Shown here one piece after another: positions 55,640-64,000 of a DNA stretch of 64,000 bases. Positions within the stretch are counted from its first letter, which is position 1. Every line of letters begins with the position of its first letter. The position numbers were made by a program, and so were the translations under genes. The stretch comes from Dehalococcoidia bacterium (GTDB lineage: Bacteria > Chloroflexota > Dehalococcoidia > Lucifugimonadales > UBA2985): NCBI GenBank assembly GCA_034421015.1, contig DAOUKT010000037.1, positions 94,096 through 158,095 on the forward strand, written 5' to 3'. The notes under the pieces were generated by a model. That model did no database searches. It saw only the letters and a list, made by a program, of their open reading frames with translations, and was not told the origin of the DNA.

Positions 55640-56845
55640 ATGATTGATTTCCCCTACATCAGCGAGATTTGCACACCCACGTCCTCCAAGGTGCTCATGC
55701 TTGTCATCGACGGCCTGGGCGGAGCGCCGCATCCTGAGAAGGGCAAGTCGGAGCTAGAGGTTGCGAGGACGCCGAACCTCGACCGCCTGGCCACCCAGAG
55801 CGCCTGCGGACTGACTACTCCGGTATTTCCGGGGATCACGCCGGGCAGCGGGCCCGGGCACCTGTCCCTCTTCGGCTACGACCCGGTGAAGTACATGATC
55901 GGCCGGGGCGTGCTGGAGGCCCTGGGCATCGATATTGAAATGCAGGAGGGCGACGTGGCCGCCCGGGGCAACTTCTGCACCGTGGACGAGAACGGCAGGC
56001 TGACGGACCGGCGGGCAGGGCGCATAAGCTCCGAGGAGAGCGCCCCCCTCTGCGAGCAGATGGACCAGATAGAGGTGCCCGGCGTGGAGGCCAGGGTGTT
56101 TCCGGTGAAGGACTATCGCTTCGTGGCCCTCTTCCGCGGCCAGGGGCTCAGCGAGCGTGTGACGGAGACCGACCCCCAAATCCTGGCCGTGCCGCCGCGT
56201 CGCGTCGAGGCGCTGGCCGCGGAGGCGGAGAAGACCGCCGTCGCCGCCAACGCCCTGATTGAGGGATCGCGGGAGATCCTGGCCGACCGTGACCGCGCGA
56301 ACATGGTGATGCTCCGGGGCTTTTCGCAGCTGCCCAACCTGCCCGGCTTTGGAGAGACCTACCAGCTCAACCCGGCCGCCATCGCCGCCTACCCCATGTA
56401 CAGGGGACTGGCCCAGGTCTGCGGCATGAGCGTCATTCCCACGGGCGTAACCTTCCGGGACGAGGTTGAGACGCTGAGCAGACGGTTCCAGGACCACGAC
56501 TTCTTCTACCTGCACTACAAGCACGCCGACGCCGCAGGCGAGGACGGCGATTTCGACGCCAAGGTTCACACGCTGGAGGAGGTGGATGAGTTCATACCGG
56601 CGCTGCTTGACCTGAAGCCGGACGCGCTCGTTGTGGCCGGCGACCACGCTACTCCGGCCATCCTGGCCGCCCACGGCTGGCAACCCGTACCGCTGCTCAT
56701 CCACTCCAACATCACCCTCGGCGAGGGCATACCGGCCTTTGACGAGCGGAACTGCGCCCTGGGCTCCATCGGCCGCATACCTGCGACCCAGGTCATGCTC
56801 CTGGCCTTAGCTCACGCCGGCAAGCTGGTCAAGTTCGGGCCGTAG
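55640..56845 (+). CDS. apgM: Cofactor-independent phosphoglycerate mutase, archaeal-type (ApgM family)
   Basis: 401 aa. VLMLVIDGLGG...TPNLDRLA, GDHATP. Located between pgk and tpiA. Confidence 0.85.
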   Translation: MIDFPYISEICTPTSSKVLMLVIDGLGGAPHPEKGKSELEVARTPNLDRLATQSACGLTTPVFPGITPGSGPGHLSLFGYDPVKYMIGRGVLEALGIDIEMQEGDVAARGNFCTVDENGRLTDRRAGRISSEESAPLCEQMDQIEVPGVEARVFPVKDYRFVALFRGQGLSERVTETDPQILAVPPRRVEALAAEAEKTAVAANALIEGSREILADRDRANMVMLRGFSQLPNLPGFGETYQLNPAAIAAYPMYRGLAQVCGMSVIPTGVTFRDEVETLSRRFQDHDFFYLHYKHADAAGEDGDFDAKVHTLEEVDEFIPALLDLKPDALVVAGDHATPAILAAHGWQPVPLLIHSNITLGEGIPAFDERNCALGSIGRIPATQVMLLALAHAGKLVKFGP

Positions 56846-56910
56846 ACACGAAGTCATTACTGCGGAAGGGCGGCTTTCCCAACTATGGCATCACCCCGAG
56901 GGCAGTACGT

Positions 56911-56990
56911 TTATCGTCATTCCCGCGAACGCGGGAATCCATCTCCTTTATACCGGACGCCTTGGATTCCTGCTTCCGCAGGAATGACGA
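56911..56990 (-). repeat. 80-bp family B composite palindromic element (the empty-loop version of 50401..50504, opposite orientation)
   Basis: ttatcgtcattcccgcgaacgcgggaatccatctcctttataccggacgccttggattcctgcttccgcaggaatgacga. Two hairpins: cattcccgc gaa cgcgggaatg, and attcctgc ttcc gcaggaat. Confidence 0.75.
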
Positions 56991-57114
56991 GGAGGGGAGA
57001 TGTGGGTGAATCACGCGGAGGTCTCCAGAGGAGGGCAGGGCAGAGATTCGACTTCTCTCAGGCGTCAGCACTAGCTAACCGAAACGTAAAATCTGTACTT
57101 CAGGAGGCCCATTC

Positions 57115-57867
57115 ATGCCAACGCCAATCGTAGCCGGAAACTGGAAGATGAACACCGTGGTGCCGGAGGCCATTGTCCTCGCGGCCCAGATGCGGGACGC
57201 CCTCGACGCCGTCAGCGGCGTGGAGAAGGTGGTGTGCCCGCCCTTCGTATCGCTCGTGGCGGTGCAGGGCCTGCTGGACGGCACCTCAATCAAGCTGGGG
57301 GCCCAGAACATGCACCACGCCGAGAAGGGCGCATTCACGGGGGAGGTGTCTCCGGTGATGCTGGCCGGGCTGTGCCAGTACGTGATCCTGGGGCACTCGG
57401 AGCGGAGGCAGCTGTTTGGTGAGACGGACGAGCAGATAAACATGAAGGTCCAGGCTGCCATTGGGGCGGGACTGAAACCCATTCTGTGCGTAGGAGAGCG
57501 CCTGGAGGAGCGAGAGGCGGGCAAGGCCGAGGAAGTTGTGACCCGACAGCTCCAAGGCGGACTGGAGGACGTGGCGTCCGTAAGCTCGGTGGCCGTGGCC
57601 TACGAGCCTGTCTGGGCGATAGGCACGGGCGTGGCCGCGACCGGCGAGATTGCGGAAGCCATGATGACGGCGATTCGCGGAGCCCTGGCGAGCTTGTATG
57701 GCGAGGGTCTCGCGAGGGACGTGCCGCTGCTCTACGGAGGCAGCGTTTCGCCGGACAACGTCGCAGAGTACGCCAGCCAGCCCAACGTCAACGGCGCGCT
57801 GGTGGGAGGCGCGAGCCTCAACGCAGAGAGCTTTGTGGAGATTGCGAGGCGGATGGCGGCAGGGTAG
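57115..57867 (+). CDS. tpiA: Triosephosphate isomerase
   Basis: IVAGNWKMN, ILGHSERR, AYEPVWAIGTG, YGGSV. Confidence 0.95.
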   Translation: MPTPIVAGNWKMNTVVPEAIVLAAQMRDALDAVSGVEKVVCPPFVSLVAVQGLLDGTSIKLGAQNMHHAEKGAFTGEVSPVMLAGLCQYVILGHSERRQLFGETDEQINMKVQAAIGAGLKPILCVGERLEEREAGKAEEVVTRQLQGGLEDVASVSSVAVAYEPVWAIGTGVAATGEIAEAMMTAIRGALASLYGEGLARDVPLLYGGSVSPDNVAEYASQPNVNGALVGGASLNAESFVEIARRMAAG

Positions 57868-57878
57868 GGGGAGACAAA

Positions 57879-58154
57879 ATGCCCCTAAGCCGCGAGGAGT
57901 TCGATGGGGGTCGCATTGACCTGACCATTCCTGTTCGTCAGATTCTGGAGAGTCGGCCTGACCTTTCCTTCAACGCTGAAGATGTCAGAATTTTACTGGC
58001 GCAGACGCTGGCAAGGGACGCTTCCTACGAAGATGTCGGCAATGCCTTAGAGCAACTGGTAGATGAAGGTCTGGCTGAGGCCAAAGAAATTTCAGGTGAC
58101 AGGTGGTATACTATAGTAGAAACTGAGACTCGAAGAAGTCTAGGGTTTCGCTAG
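57879..58154 (+). CDS. Small hypothetical protein, winged-helix-like (paralogue 1)
   Basis: ATG 57879 inside ORF 57486..58154. 91 aa: MPLSREEFDG...ALEQLVDEGLAEAKEISGDRWYTIVE. About 50% GC compared with >60% in the flanks. Confidence 0.45.
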   Translation: MPLSREEFDGGRIDLTIPVRQILESRPDLSFNAEDVRILLAQTLARDASYEDVGNALEQLVDEGLAEAKEISGDRWYTIVETETRRSLGFR

Positions 58155-58167
58155 GAGGCTTGAAGAG

Positions 58168-58452
58168 ATGCCGCTAACAAAGCGCCAGTTTCAGCTTGGA
58201 GTCGATGAAAAGACAGAGAGTCTGATGAGGCAGATATACGAGCTTCTGTCAGGACATAAGAACCTAGCTTACAGCGAGGCGGAGTTGGTTGAGATGATGG
58301 AGGGTGACTTTGGCGATATATTCCGAGCATTGGAGACATTGGCACGTGTAGGTGCAGTGGAAGTTCGGCAAGTTGGCAGGGAATCTTACTACGCCTTCTA
58401 TCAAGAAGTGGACCAAGCTACCTGGGAACCCAAATTGTCAACCCCTTTCTGA
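58168..58452 (+). CDS. Small hypothetical protein, winged-helix-like (paralogue 2)
   Basis: 94 aa: MPLTKRQFQLG...ALETLARVGAVEVRQVGRESYYAFYQ. Collinear similarity to the preceding ORF. Low GC. Confidence 0.45.
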   Translation: MPLTKRQFQLGVDEKTESLMRQIYELLSGHKNLAYSEAELVEMMEGDFGDIFRALETLARVGAVEVRQVGRESYYAFYQEVDQATWEPKLSTPF

Positions 58453-58506
58453 TGCTGGTTCAGCCCACTTAGCTATACCCACCCGCCTCATACAAGCCTC
58501 CGAACC

Positions 58507-59448
58507 TTGATCCATGTTTCATTCCATACCCTCATAGCCATTGTTGGGCCTACGGCCGCGGGCAAGAGCGGCTTGTCGCTGCGCCTGGCCCAGCGCTTCA
58601 ACGGCGAGATCGTCAACGGCGACAGCCGGCTTGTCTACCGGCACATGGACATCGGCACGGCCAAGCCCTCGCCACAGGAGCTGGCCCAAGTCCCTCATCA
58701 CCTGGTGGGCATCGCAGACCCGGACGAGACATACAGCCTGGCCCTTTACCTTGACCAGGCTGCAGGGGCCATCCAGGACATCCACGGCCGCGGCAGGCTG
58801 CCCATTCTCGCGGGAGGGACCGGGCAGTACGTCCGGGCCTTGCTGGAGGGCTTTTCAGCCCCACAAGCGCCTCCCAACCCGTCCCTGAGGGCTGAGCTTC
58901 AGAGACAGGCCGACGAGGAGGGCAGCGAGGCCCTGTGGAGACGCCTGCAGGAAGTCGACCCTGACTCGGCGGCGCGCATTGACCACCGGAACGTGCGGCG
59001 CGTGGCGCGCGCCCTGGAGGTGTTTCTGGAGACGGGCGTTCCTTTCTCCAAGGCCCGGAGGCGCCAGACGCCCCTATACCAAAGCCTGGTCATCGGATTG
59101 ACGATGGAGCGGAAGGACCTTTACGAGCGCATAGACCGGCGCGTGGAGGCCATGTTCGCCACCGGCTGGCCGCAGGAGGTGGCGCGGCTGCTTGAGATGG
59201 GATACTCCGCCGAGCTGCCGTCCATGTCCAGCCTTGGCTACCGCGAGGTGGCGGCGCACCTGGCAGGGGAGATGTCGCTGGATGAGGCCAAGGAGCGCAT
59301 CAAGACGGCCACCCACAGATTTGCCAGGAGCCAGTACGCCTGGTTCAAGCTTAACGACCCGCGAATCCAATGGCTGAATGCAGGAGACGAAGCCCACCTG
59401 GAGGAGGCATTCGGGATGGTCGAGGAGTTCCTGTCGGAGCGCGCCTGA
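58507..59448 (+). CDS. miaA: tRNA dimethylallyltransferase
   Basis: IVGPTAAGKSGLSLRLA P-loop, EIVNGDSRLVYRHMDIGTAKP, and a PHHL region. TTG start. Confidence 0.9.
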   Translation: MIHVSFHTLIAIVGPTAAGKSGLSLRLAQRFNGEIVNGDSRLVYRHMDIGTAKPSPQELAQVPHHLVGIADPDETYSLALYLDQAAGAIQDIHGRGRLPILAGGTGQYVRALLEGFSAPQAPPNPSLRAELQRQADEEGSEALWRRLQEVDPDSAARIDHRNVRRVARALEVFLETGVPFSKARRRQTPLYQSLVIGLTMERKDLYERIDRRVEAMFATGWPQEVARLLEMGYSAELPSMSSLGYREVAAHLAGEMSLDEAKERIKTATHRFARSQYAWFKLNDPRIQWLNAGDEAHLEEAFGMVEEFLSERA

Positions 59449-59479
59449 GCATTTGGCCCAGTCGCGGGTGAAGCAACAG

Positions 59480-59510
59480 AGAGGCCCGGCTTAAAGTGAG
59501 CGGGGCCTCT
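59480..59510. terminator. Hairpin between convergent miaA and the hydrolase gene
   Basis: agaggccc ... gggcctct, an 8-bp stem with a 15-nt loop. Weak as a terminator. Confidence 0.35.
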
Positions 59511-59545
59511 CAATTAGTCGCCTTAGGGTTACCTTGGGGAGTCTA

Positions 59546-60211
59546 TCAGTGGACGAGCGCTCCTCGGCGGGCGTCCTGCTTGGCCAGGAAGCCCAGGACC
59601 ACGCTCTTGAACACGTCAGGGGCCTCGCGGCTCACGCTGTGACCTATGCCGTAGAGGATGACCAGCTCGGAGTTGGGAAGCTCCTCGGCGGCCTTCTTGG
59701 CGTTTTCGGGCACAAAGGTAGCCCCTGTATCGTCAGCGCCGTTGAGGATGAGCACCGGAGTCGTGACGTGGCCCACCTGCCCCTGGCGGTTGGGGAAGTG
59801 AGCGACGAGCCGCTCGGTAGGCTCGAAGCCGGCGGTGGTTCCGGCTATGCACATGGCCGCCTCGACCATCTCCGGGTGGGCCAGGGTGAACTCCAGGGTC
59901 AGCAGCGCGCCAAGGGAGCTGCCGCCAACGTAGGCCCGGTCGATTCCCAGGTGGCCCAGCAGCTGGCGCAGGTCCTCCACCCAGTAGTCGTAGGTGTCCG
60001 CATCCGGCGCGGCGCTGGATTCACCGCAGTTTCGCCTGTCCCAGACAATCACCCGGTAGCGCTCCGCAAGGGTGGCGATGTGGGCATCCCAAACGGACAG
60101 ATCAGAGTATCCGCCGTGGGAGAGCACAAGGGGGAACCCGGAGCCGTGCTCCTTGTAGTTGATCCGAACGCCATTGATATCGGCAAAGGGCATCTCAATC
60201 CTCCCTCTCAA
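59546..60211 (-). CDS. Alpha/beta-fold hydrolase
   Basis: 221 aa. PLVLSHGG oxyanion region, nucleophile elbow GGSSLGA (G-x-S-x-G), and a C-terminal GHSV. Confidence 0.75.
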   Translation of the reverse strand: MRGRIEMPFADINGVRINYKEHGSGFPLVLSHGGYSDLSVWDAHIATLAERYRVIVWDRRNCGESSAAPDADTYDYWVEDLRQLLGHLGIDRAYVGGSSLGALLTLEFTLAHPEMVEAAMCIAGTTAGFEPTERLVAHFPNRQGQVGHVTTPVLILNGADDTGATFVPENAKKAAEELPNSELVILYGIGHSVSREAPDVFKSVVLGFLAKQDARRGALVH

Positions 60212-60231
60212 ACTGGAATTGTTCTCTGAGA

Positions 60232-62769
60232 CTACCTGATGTGAGGCGCGTAGTCCATACCAATCTGTCCCAGCGCCTTCAGATGGTCGTACTCCGCCTC
60301 AGTGAGCTTCAGCACGTCGCGATACATGTAGTCGTTGTCCTCACCTAGCCTGACCGGGGGCTTCCTGACCTCGAAGGGCGTCCTTGACATCTGAAAGGTA
60401 GTGCTGGGATACAGGTGGACGCCAATCTCCGGGTGGTCGATGGGGACGAAGAAGTTCCGCTCCTTCAGGTGCGGGTCGGCGTAGGCGTGAGGCTCATGAT
60501 AGATAGGCCCCGCCACGATGCCTTCCCTCTGGAGGTGATGGAACAGCTCGATGGGGTCCTTGTCCGCCGTCCAGACGCCGATGATCTGGTCTACCTCGTC
60601 GTGGTTGGCGTGGAGGCTGGGCATATCCTCGAAGCGATTGTCTTCGACCAACTCCTGCCTCTCCATGAGACGGCACAGCGTGTGCCAGTCCTCGATCCTG
60701 CCGATGGAGACGGTAATCCACTCGTCCTCTCCGGCGCAGGGGTAAGCTCCCTGGACCAGCAGGGGATCGCGGTTGCCGGTTGGGCCGGCCACGCGCCCGT
60801 TCATCTCGTAGTCCATGAAGAGCTCCGACAGATGTGGCACAAAGTTCTCGCCCTGGGAGAGGTCGACGTGGGTGCCCCTGCCGGTCCGCTCCCGCTGGTG
60901 GAGCGCCATTATGGTGGCGAAGCCGATGGCCACGCCCGTTGCGGCGTCCGCCGCGACCGAGGCCGGCGCGCCCTCAGGGTCCATGTCCGGGTATCCGGTC
61001 ACCGAAGCGTGGCCGTAGAGAGCCTCGAAGTGTGAGCCGAAGCCCCTGAAGTGTGCCCACGGCCCCGTCTGTCCCATGCCAATCGAGGACACCATGATCA
61101 GCCTTGGGTTCCACTCTTTGAGCACCGAATAGTCCAGCCCCAGTCGCTCCATAGCCCCCAGAGCTATGTTCTCCACAAACACATCGCTGACTTCCACCAG
61201 CCGCCGGAACACGTCTCTGCCCTCCGGGGTGTGCAAGTCTGCGGTCATGGAGAGCTTGTTGCGGGAGTGGGCGTTGAACTGGGCCACCCTGTTCCACGGA
61301 CGCTCTCCCGGGTCCCTGTTGGGGTAGCGGGACTGGGCCGCCCTCTGCTCGGCCTCCTTGCTGGGGCGTGCGAACTGTCCTCGCGTGGAGGTTGGGAAGA
61401 CGTTTATGGACTCGACGCGGACCACCTCGGCGCCCATGTCCGCAAGGAACATGGTGCCGTAGGGGCCTGCGAAGACCAGGGTCATATCGATGACGCGGAT
61501 GCCCTCAAGGGGCAGCTTCTTTCTGCCGTTGGCGCTAGGCCTTGGAGCAGAGGCCCGGGCCGCCGGAGCCGCGCCGTTGGTCGCAGCGACCTCCTTCTTG
61601 ACTTCCTCGGTGTGCTGGCCCATGGTTGGCGCCGGCCGCCGCATTCGCCACCAGCGCTCTTCGGTGAAGATTGGAGCGCCCGTGTGCCGGATCTTTCCTG
61701 CCTCCGGGTGCTCAACCTCCGTCCAGTAGCCCCTGAACTGGAACTGGGGGTTGTTGTCCATCACGTCATTGATGTAGTAGACAGCCCCCGAAAGTATCTC
61801 GTTGGCCTGGCACGCCTCCAGCACCTCAACCATTGTTCGCTGAAGGACCCAGGGCAGCCAGATCTCGGCCTCAAACTCATCCCGCTTGTCCAGGTCCAAC
61901 TGGCCCAACGGGGGAGAGTAGGGGGAGTCCTCCAGAAGCTCAGGCATATCCAGCATAGCGACTGTCCTGGGCCAGAACGCGCCTCCGCCCTGGATGTTTA
62001 TGTAGCCGTCGGCGCATGGGTAGAACCCGGACGGATAGCCCATCCTCGCACCTCCCAGTCGCATTGCGCGCTCGCCCGTGTACTGATAGGCGAGGAGGGA
62101 GGGCATACGGGTGTTGTAGGACGCCAGCTGGGTCTCGAGAATGGAGACGTCCACCTGCTGCCCGGACATGCCTCCATATCTCTGACCGTACCATGCGAAC
62201 AGGGTCGCCATGGCGGCCACGTTGCCGGCCTGGAACTGGACGTGGTTGCCACCCAGCTTCAGGGGGTAACGGTCCGGGAGGCCGGAGGCGTTCATCCGTC
62301 CGCCCATCGCAAACAGGGTGATCTCAGACGCCAGATAGTCTCTATATGGACCGTACTGCCCGTAGTTGGACACGGAGGTCATTATGAGCCTCGGATTGAT
62401 GCTCTCGACGGTCTTGTAGTCCAGGCCCAGCCTGTCCATCACGCCGGGCCGGAAGTTCTCCACAAGGACGTCAGCTCCCGCTATCATCTCCTTAAGGGTC
62501 TCCAGGCCCTCCGGGGTCTTGAGGTCGAGCACAATGCTCCGCTTGTTTGTGTTCAACGCCAGGAACATGCCGCTCTTCTCAGGATGGGGGACATCACCGG
62601 GGAAAGGCCCCATGCCCCGGGCGTAGTCGCCGGCGCCGGGCCGCTCCACCTTGATCACGTCCGCGCCGTAATCTGCGAGGAGCTTGGTGCAGTATGGCCC
62701 TGCAATGCCGTGAGTAAGGTCAACTACTCTAAGGTCGGATAGAGGTTGTGGCTCCAGCTGCTCTTCCAC
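60232..62769 (-). CDS. Tandem-fused double family III CoA-transferase (two CaiB/BaiF-type domains in one polypeptide)
   Basis: 845 aa with two N-terminal-type motifs: LRVVDLTHGIAGPYCTKLLADYGADVIKVERP (aa ~12) and IRVIDMTLVFAGPYGTMFLADMGAEVVRVES (aa ~425). They are joined by an Ala/Pro/Arg-rich linker. Confidence 0.85.
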   Translation of the reverse strand: MEEQLEPQPLSDLRVVDLTHGIAGPYCTKLLADYGADVIKVERPGAGDYARGMGPFPGDVPHPEKSGMFLALNTNKRSIVLDLKTPEGLETLKEMIAGADVLVENFRPGVMDRLGLDYKTVESINPRLIMTSVSNYGQYGPYRDYLASEITLFAMGGRMNASGLPDRYPLKLGGNHVQFQAGNVAAMATLFAWYGQRYGGMSGQQVDVSILETQLASYNTRMPSLLAYQYTGERAMRLGGARMGYPSGFYPCADGYINIQGGGAFWPRTVAMLDMPELLEDSPYSPPLGQLDLDKRDEFEAEIWLPWVLQRTMVEVLEACQANEILSGAVYYINDVMDNNPQFQFRGYWTEVEHPEAGKIRHTGAPIFTEERWWRMRRPAPTMGQHTEEVKKEVAATNGAAPAARASAPRPSANGRKKLPLEGIRVIDMTLVFAGPYGTMFLADMGAEVVRVESINVFPTSTRGQFARPSKEAEQRAAQSRYPNRDPGERPWNRVAQFNAHSRNKLSMTADLHTPEGRDVFRRLVEVSDVFVENIALGAMERLGLDYSVLKEWNPRLIMVSSIGMGQTGPWAHFRGFGSHFEALYGHASVTGYPDMDPEGAPASVAADAATGVAIGFATIMALHQRERTGRGTHVDLSQGENFVPHLSELFMDYEMNGRVAGPTGNRDPLLVQGAYPCAGEDEWITVSIGRIEDWHTLCRLMERQELVEDNRFEDMPSLHANHDEVDQIIGVWTADKDPIELFHHLQREGIVAGPIYHEPHAYADPHLKERNFFVPIDHPEIGVHLYPSTTFQMSRTPFEVRKPPVRLGEDNDYMYRDVLKLTEAEYDHLKALGQIGMDYAPHIR

Positions 62770-62955
62770 GGTCTACCTCCTTACGAAAACTCTCAACCAT
62801 AAGGCTGCTGTTGGCACAATAGCATAGCACTTTGGGACTGAATTGTCTGTCCCAAACCGCCGAGTTTCCGCTTGCGATGGCCTCCAGGCTTCAATATGCT
62901 TAAGCAGGCGGCAGGACTGCTAAGTCCAGTAGTGGAAAATGGGGCTTGTTATTTG

Positions 62956-62971
62956 TTACGTAATGCATTAC
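62956..62971 (+). promoter_or_regulatory. Overlapping palindromes directly upstream of higB (candidate HigA operator)
   Basis: TTACGTAA (62956..62963) and GTAATGCATTAC (62960..62971) end 1 nt before the higB ATG. No SD is visible. Confidence 0.4.
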
Positions 62972-62972
62972 A

Positions 62973-63251
62973 ATGATTAGCGGATTCAGAGATAGGAGAA
63001 CGCAGAGACTCTTTGAGGGTCAACCCGTGCGGGAGTTCAGCGCATTTGAGGCGCAGGCCACCCGGCGGCTCACTGTACTGGACAACGCAACCTCGCTGCG
63101 TGACCTGGCAGGCCTGCCCAGCAACAGGCTGGAACTGCTATCGGGTGACCGGGCGGGCCAGTACAGCATAAGGATCAACCGCCAGTGGCGCATCTGCTTC
63201 CGCTGGGGTGAGGAAGGCCCGTATGACGTGGAGATTGTGGACTACCACTAG
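62973..63251 (+). CDS. higB: HigB-family (killer-protein) type II toxin
   Basis: 92 aa: MISGFRDRRTQRLFEG...YSIRINRQWRICFRWGEEGPYDVEIVDYH. Followed 14 nt later by an HTH antitoxin. Confidence 0.8.
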   Translation: MISGFRDRRTQRLFEGQPVREFSAFEAQATRRLTVLDNATSLRDLAGLPSNRLELLSGDRAGQYSIRINRQWRICFRWGEEGPYDVEIVDYH

Positions 63252-63265
63252 CCAGGGGGGATGAA

Positions 63266-63631
63266 ATGAGCTTGAAAAACGGAATGAGACCGGTGCATCC
63301 GGGTGAGATACTTGCTGAGGAGCTTGAGGAGCTTGGCATGTCCGCGAACGCCCTCGCCAGGGCGCTTGGAGTCCCCACCAACCGGATAACGGCAATACTC
63401 AACGGCCAGAGGGGCATGACCGCCAACACCGCCCTGCGTCTTTCGCGCTACTTCGGCACCACGCCTGAGCTGTGGATGAACCTGCAGAAGACCTACGAGC
63501 TGCGGGTGGCGGAGATTGAGGCGGGCGCAGACATCGCAGAGCGGGTGCAGCCCAGGATAGGCGACCTTGCCCTGGGATTCTCCATTGGCGAGCCCGCGCC
63601 TGACTACGACGCAAGCCAATCCGAACTATGA
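63266..63631 (+). CDS. higA: HigA-family antitoxin (VapI/Xre-type HTH)
   Basis: HPGEILAEELEELGMSANALARALGVPTNRITAILNGQRGMTANTALRLSRYFGTTPELWMNLQ is the canonical HigA HTH. Confidence 0.85.
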   Translation: MSLKNGMRPVHPGEILAEELEELGMSANALARALGVPTNRITAILNGQRGMTANTALRLSRYFGTTPELWMNLQKTYELRVAEIEAGADIAERVQPRIGDLALGFSIGEPAPDYDASQSEL

Positions 63632-63667
63632 TAGAATCTACTGGCGAATGAAGAACAAGGAAACGAG

Positions 63668-64000
63668 ATGAAGTTCACAAAAATGCACGGGGCTGGCAAC
63701 GACTACGTTGTTATCGACGCCCGCGGCCTTGACGCCGACTGGCACAGCCTGGCGAAGGACATGTGCCACCGCCGCTTCGGGATCGGGTCGGACGGCCTTC
63801 TCCTGGCGTTGCCCTCGGACTGCGCGGACGTAAGGATGCGTATGTTCAACCCGGACGGCTCGGAAGCGGAGATGTGCGGCAACGGCATCCGCTGCCTGGT
63901 GAAGTTTGCCCTGGAGCGGGACATAGTCAGCCAGGGCCAGGGGCCCCTTAACGTGGAGACGATGGCCGGAATACGCAGCCTCCAGCCCTTCTGGAGCGGC
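63668..64000 (+). CDS. dapF: Diaminopimelate epimerase, 5' part (runs off the right window edge)
   Basis: Own translation from ATG 63668: MKFTKMHGAGNDYVVIDARG...RFGIGSDGLLLA...MRMFNPDGSEAEMCGNGIRC, which includes the first active-site Cys motif. No stop in the window, so it is not in the ORF track. Confidence 0.85.
   Translation, partial: MKFTKMHGAGNDYVVIDARGLDADWHSLAKDMCHRRFGIGSDGLLLALPSDCADVRMRMFNPDGSEAEMCGNGIRCLVKFALERDIVSQGQGPLNVETMAGIRSLQPFWSG

Noticed and set aside
61051-62742. 563-aa + strand ORF
   Set aside because: Antisense to the double CoA-transferase gene, which carries two clear family III motifs.
62946-62974. TTGTTA-N17-TACAAT promoter-like pair upstream of higB
   Set aside because: The -10 would overlap the higB ATG (62973). 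That ATG is supported by the conserved MI.(S/G)FR N-terminus shared with the other HigB, so a TSS downstream of it is unlikely.

Overview
High-GC (roughly 60-65% by eye) bacterial chromosomal segment, densely packed with housekeeping and energy-metabolism genes on both strands. I found no rRNA, tRNA, CRISPR array, transposase or integrase. Main content, left to right: a partial higB toxin; a UPF0104 membrane protein with an FAD oxidoreductase; a NuoE/NuoF/NuoG-like (FdsGBA-like) three-gene module; a Phd-VapC TA pair; mutS and mutL, separated by a low-GC insert; TSUP and MFS transporters; a complete Alternative Complex III operon (actA-B1-B2, two NrfD-like subunits, actD, actE); rplS, priA, def, cca; an NrdR-box-controlled nrdR-nrdJ operon; pdxA, proC, yggT; aldehyde:ferredoxin oxidoreductase; a low-GC two-gene islet (ABC/SMC-type ATPase plus PIN-like protein); an MFS/OFA transporter; a 1020-aa lipoprotein with 21 RCC1-like blades; a zincin, leucine dehydrogenase, DUF559, guaA, tsaC, rpiB, a polyprenyl synthase; pgk-apgM-tpiA; two small paralogous winged-helix-like ORFs in another low-GC islet; miaA; an alpha/beta hydrolase; a doubled family III CoA-transferase; higBA; and the dapF 5' end. 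The gene content (ACIII, class II RNR, AOR, family III CoA-transferase) suggests a Chloroflexota-like organism, but that is inference only. The best candidate for an undescribed system is the translationally abutted ATPase + PIN cassette at 41622-43427, which looks defence-like. The second notable signal is a set of nested GC-rich palindromic repeat modules. These include a ~24-25-nt hairpin module that shows filled versus empty sites and compensatory stem changes. All calls come from reading the sequence and ORF translations. No database search was run.
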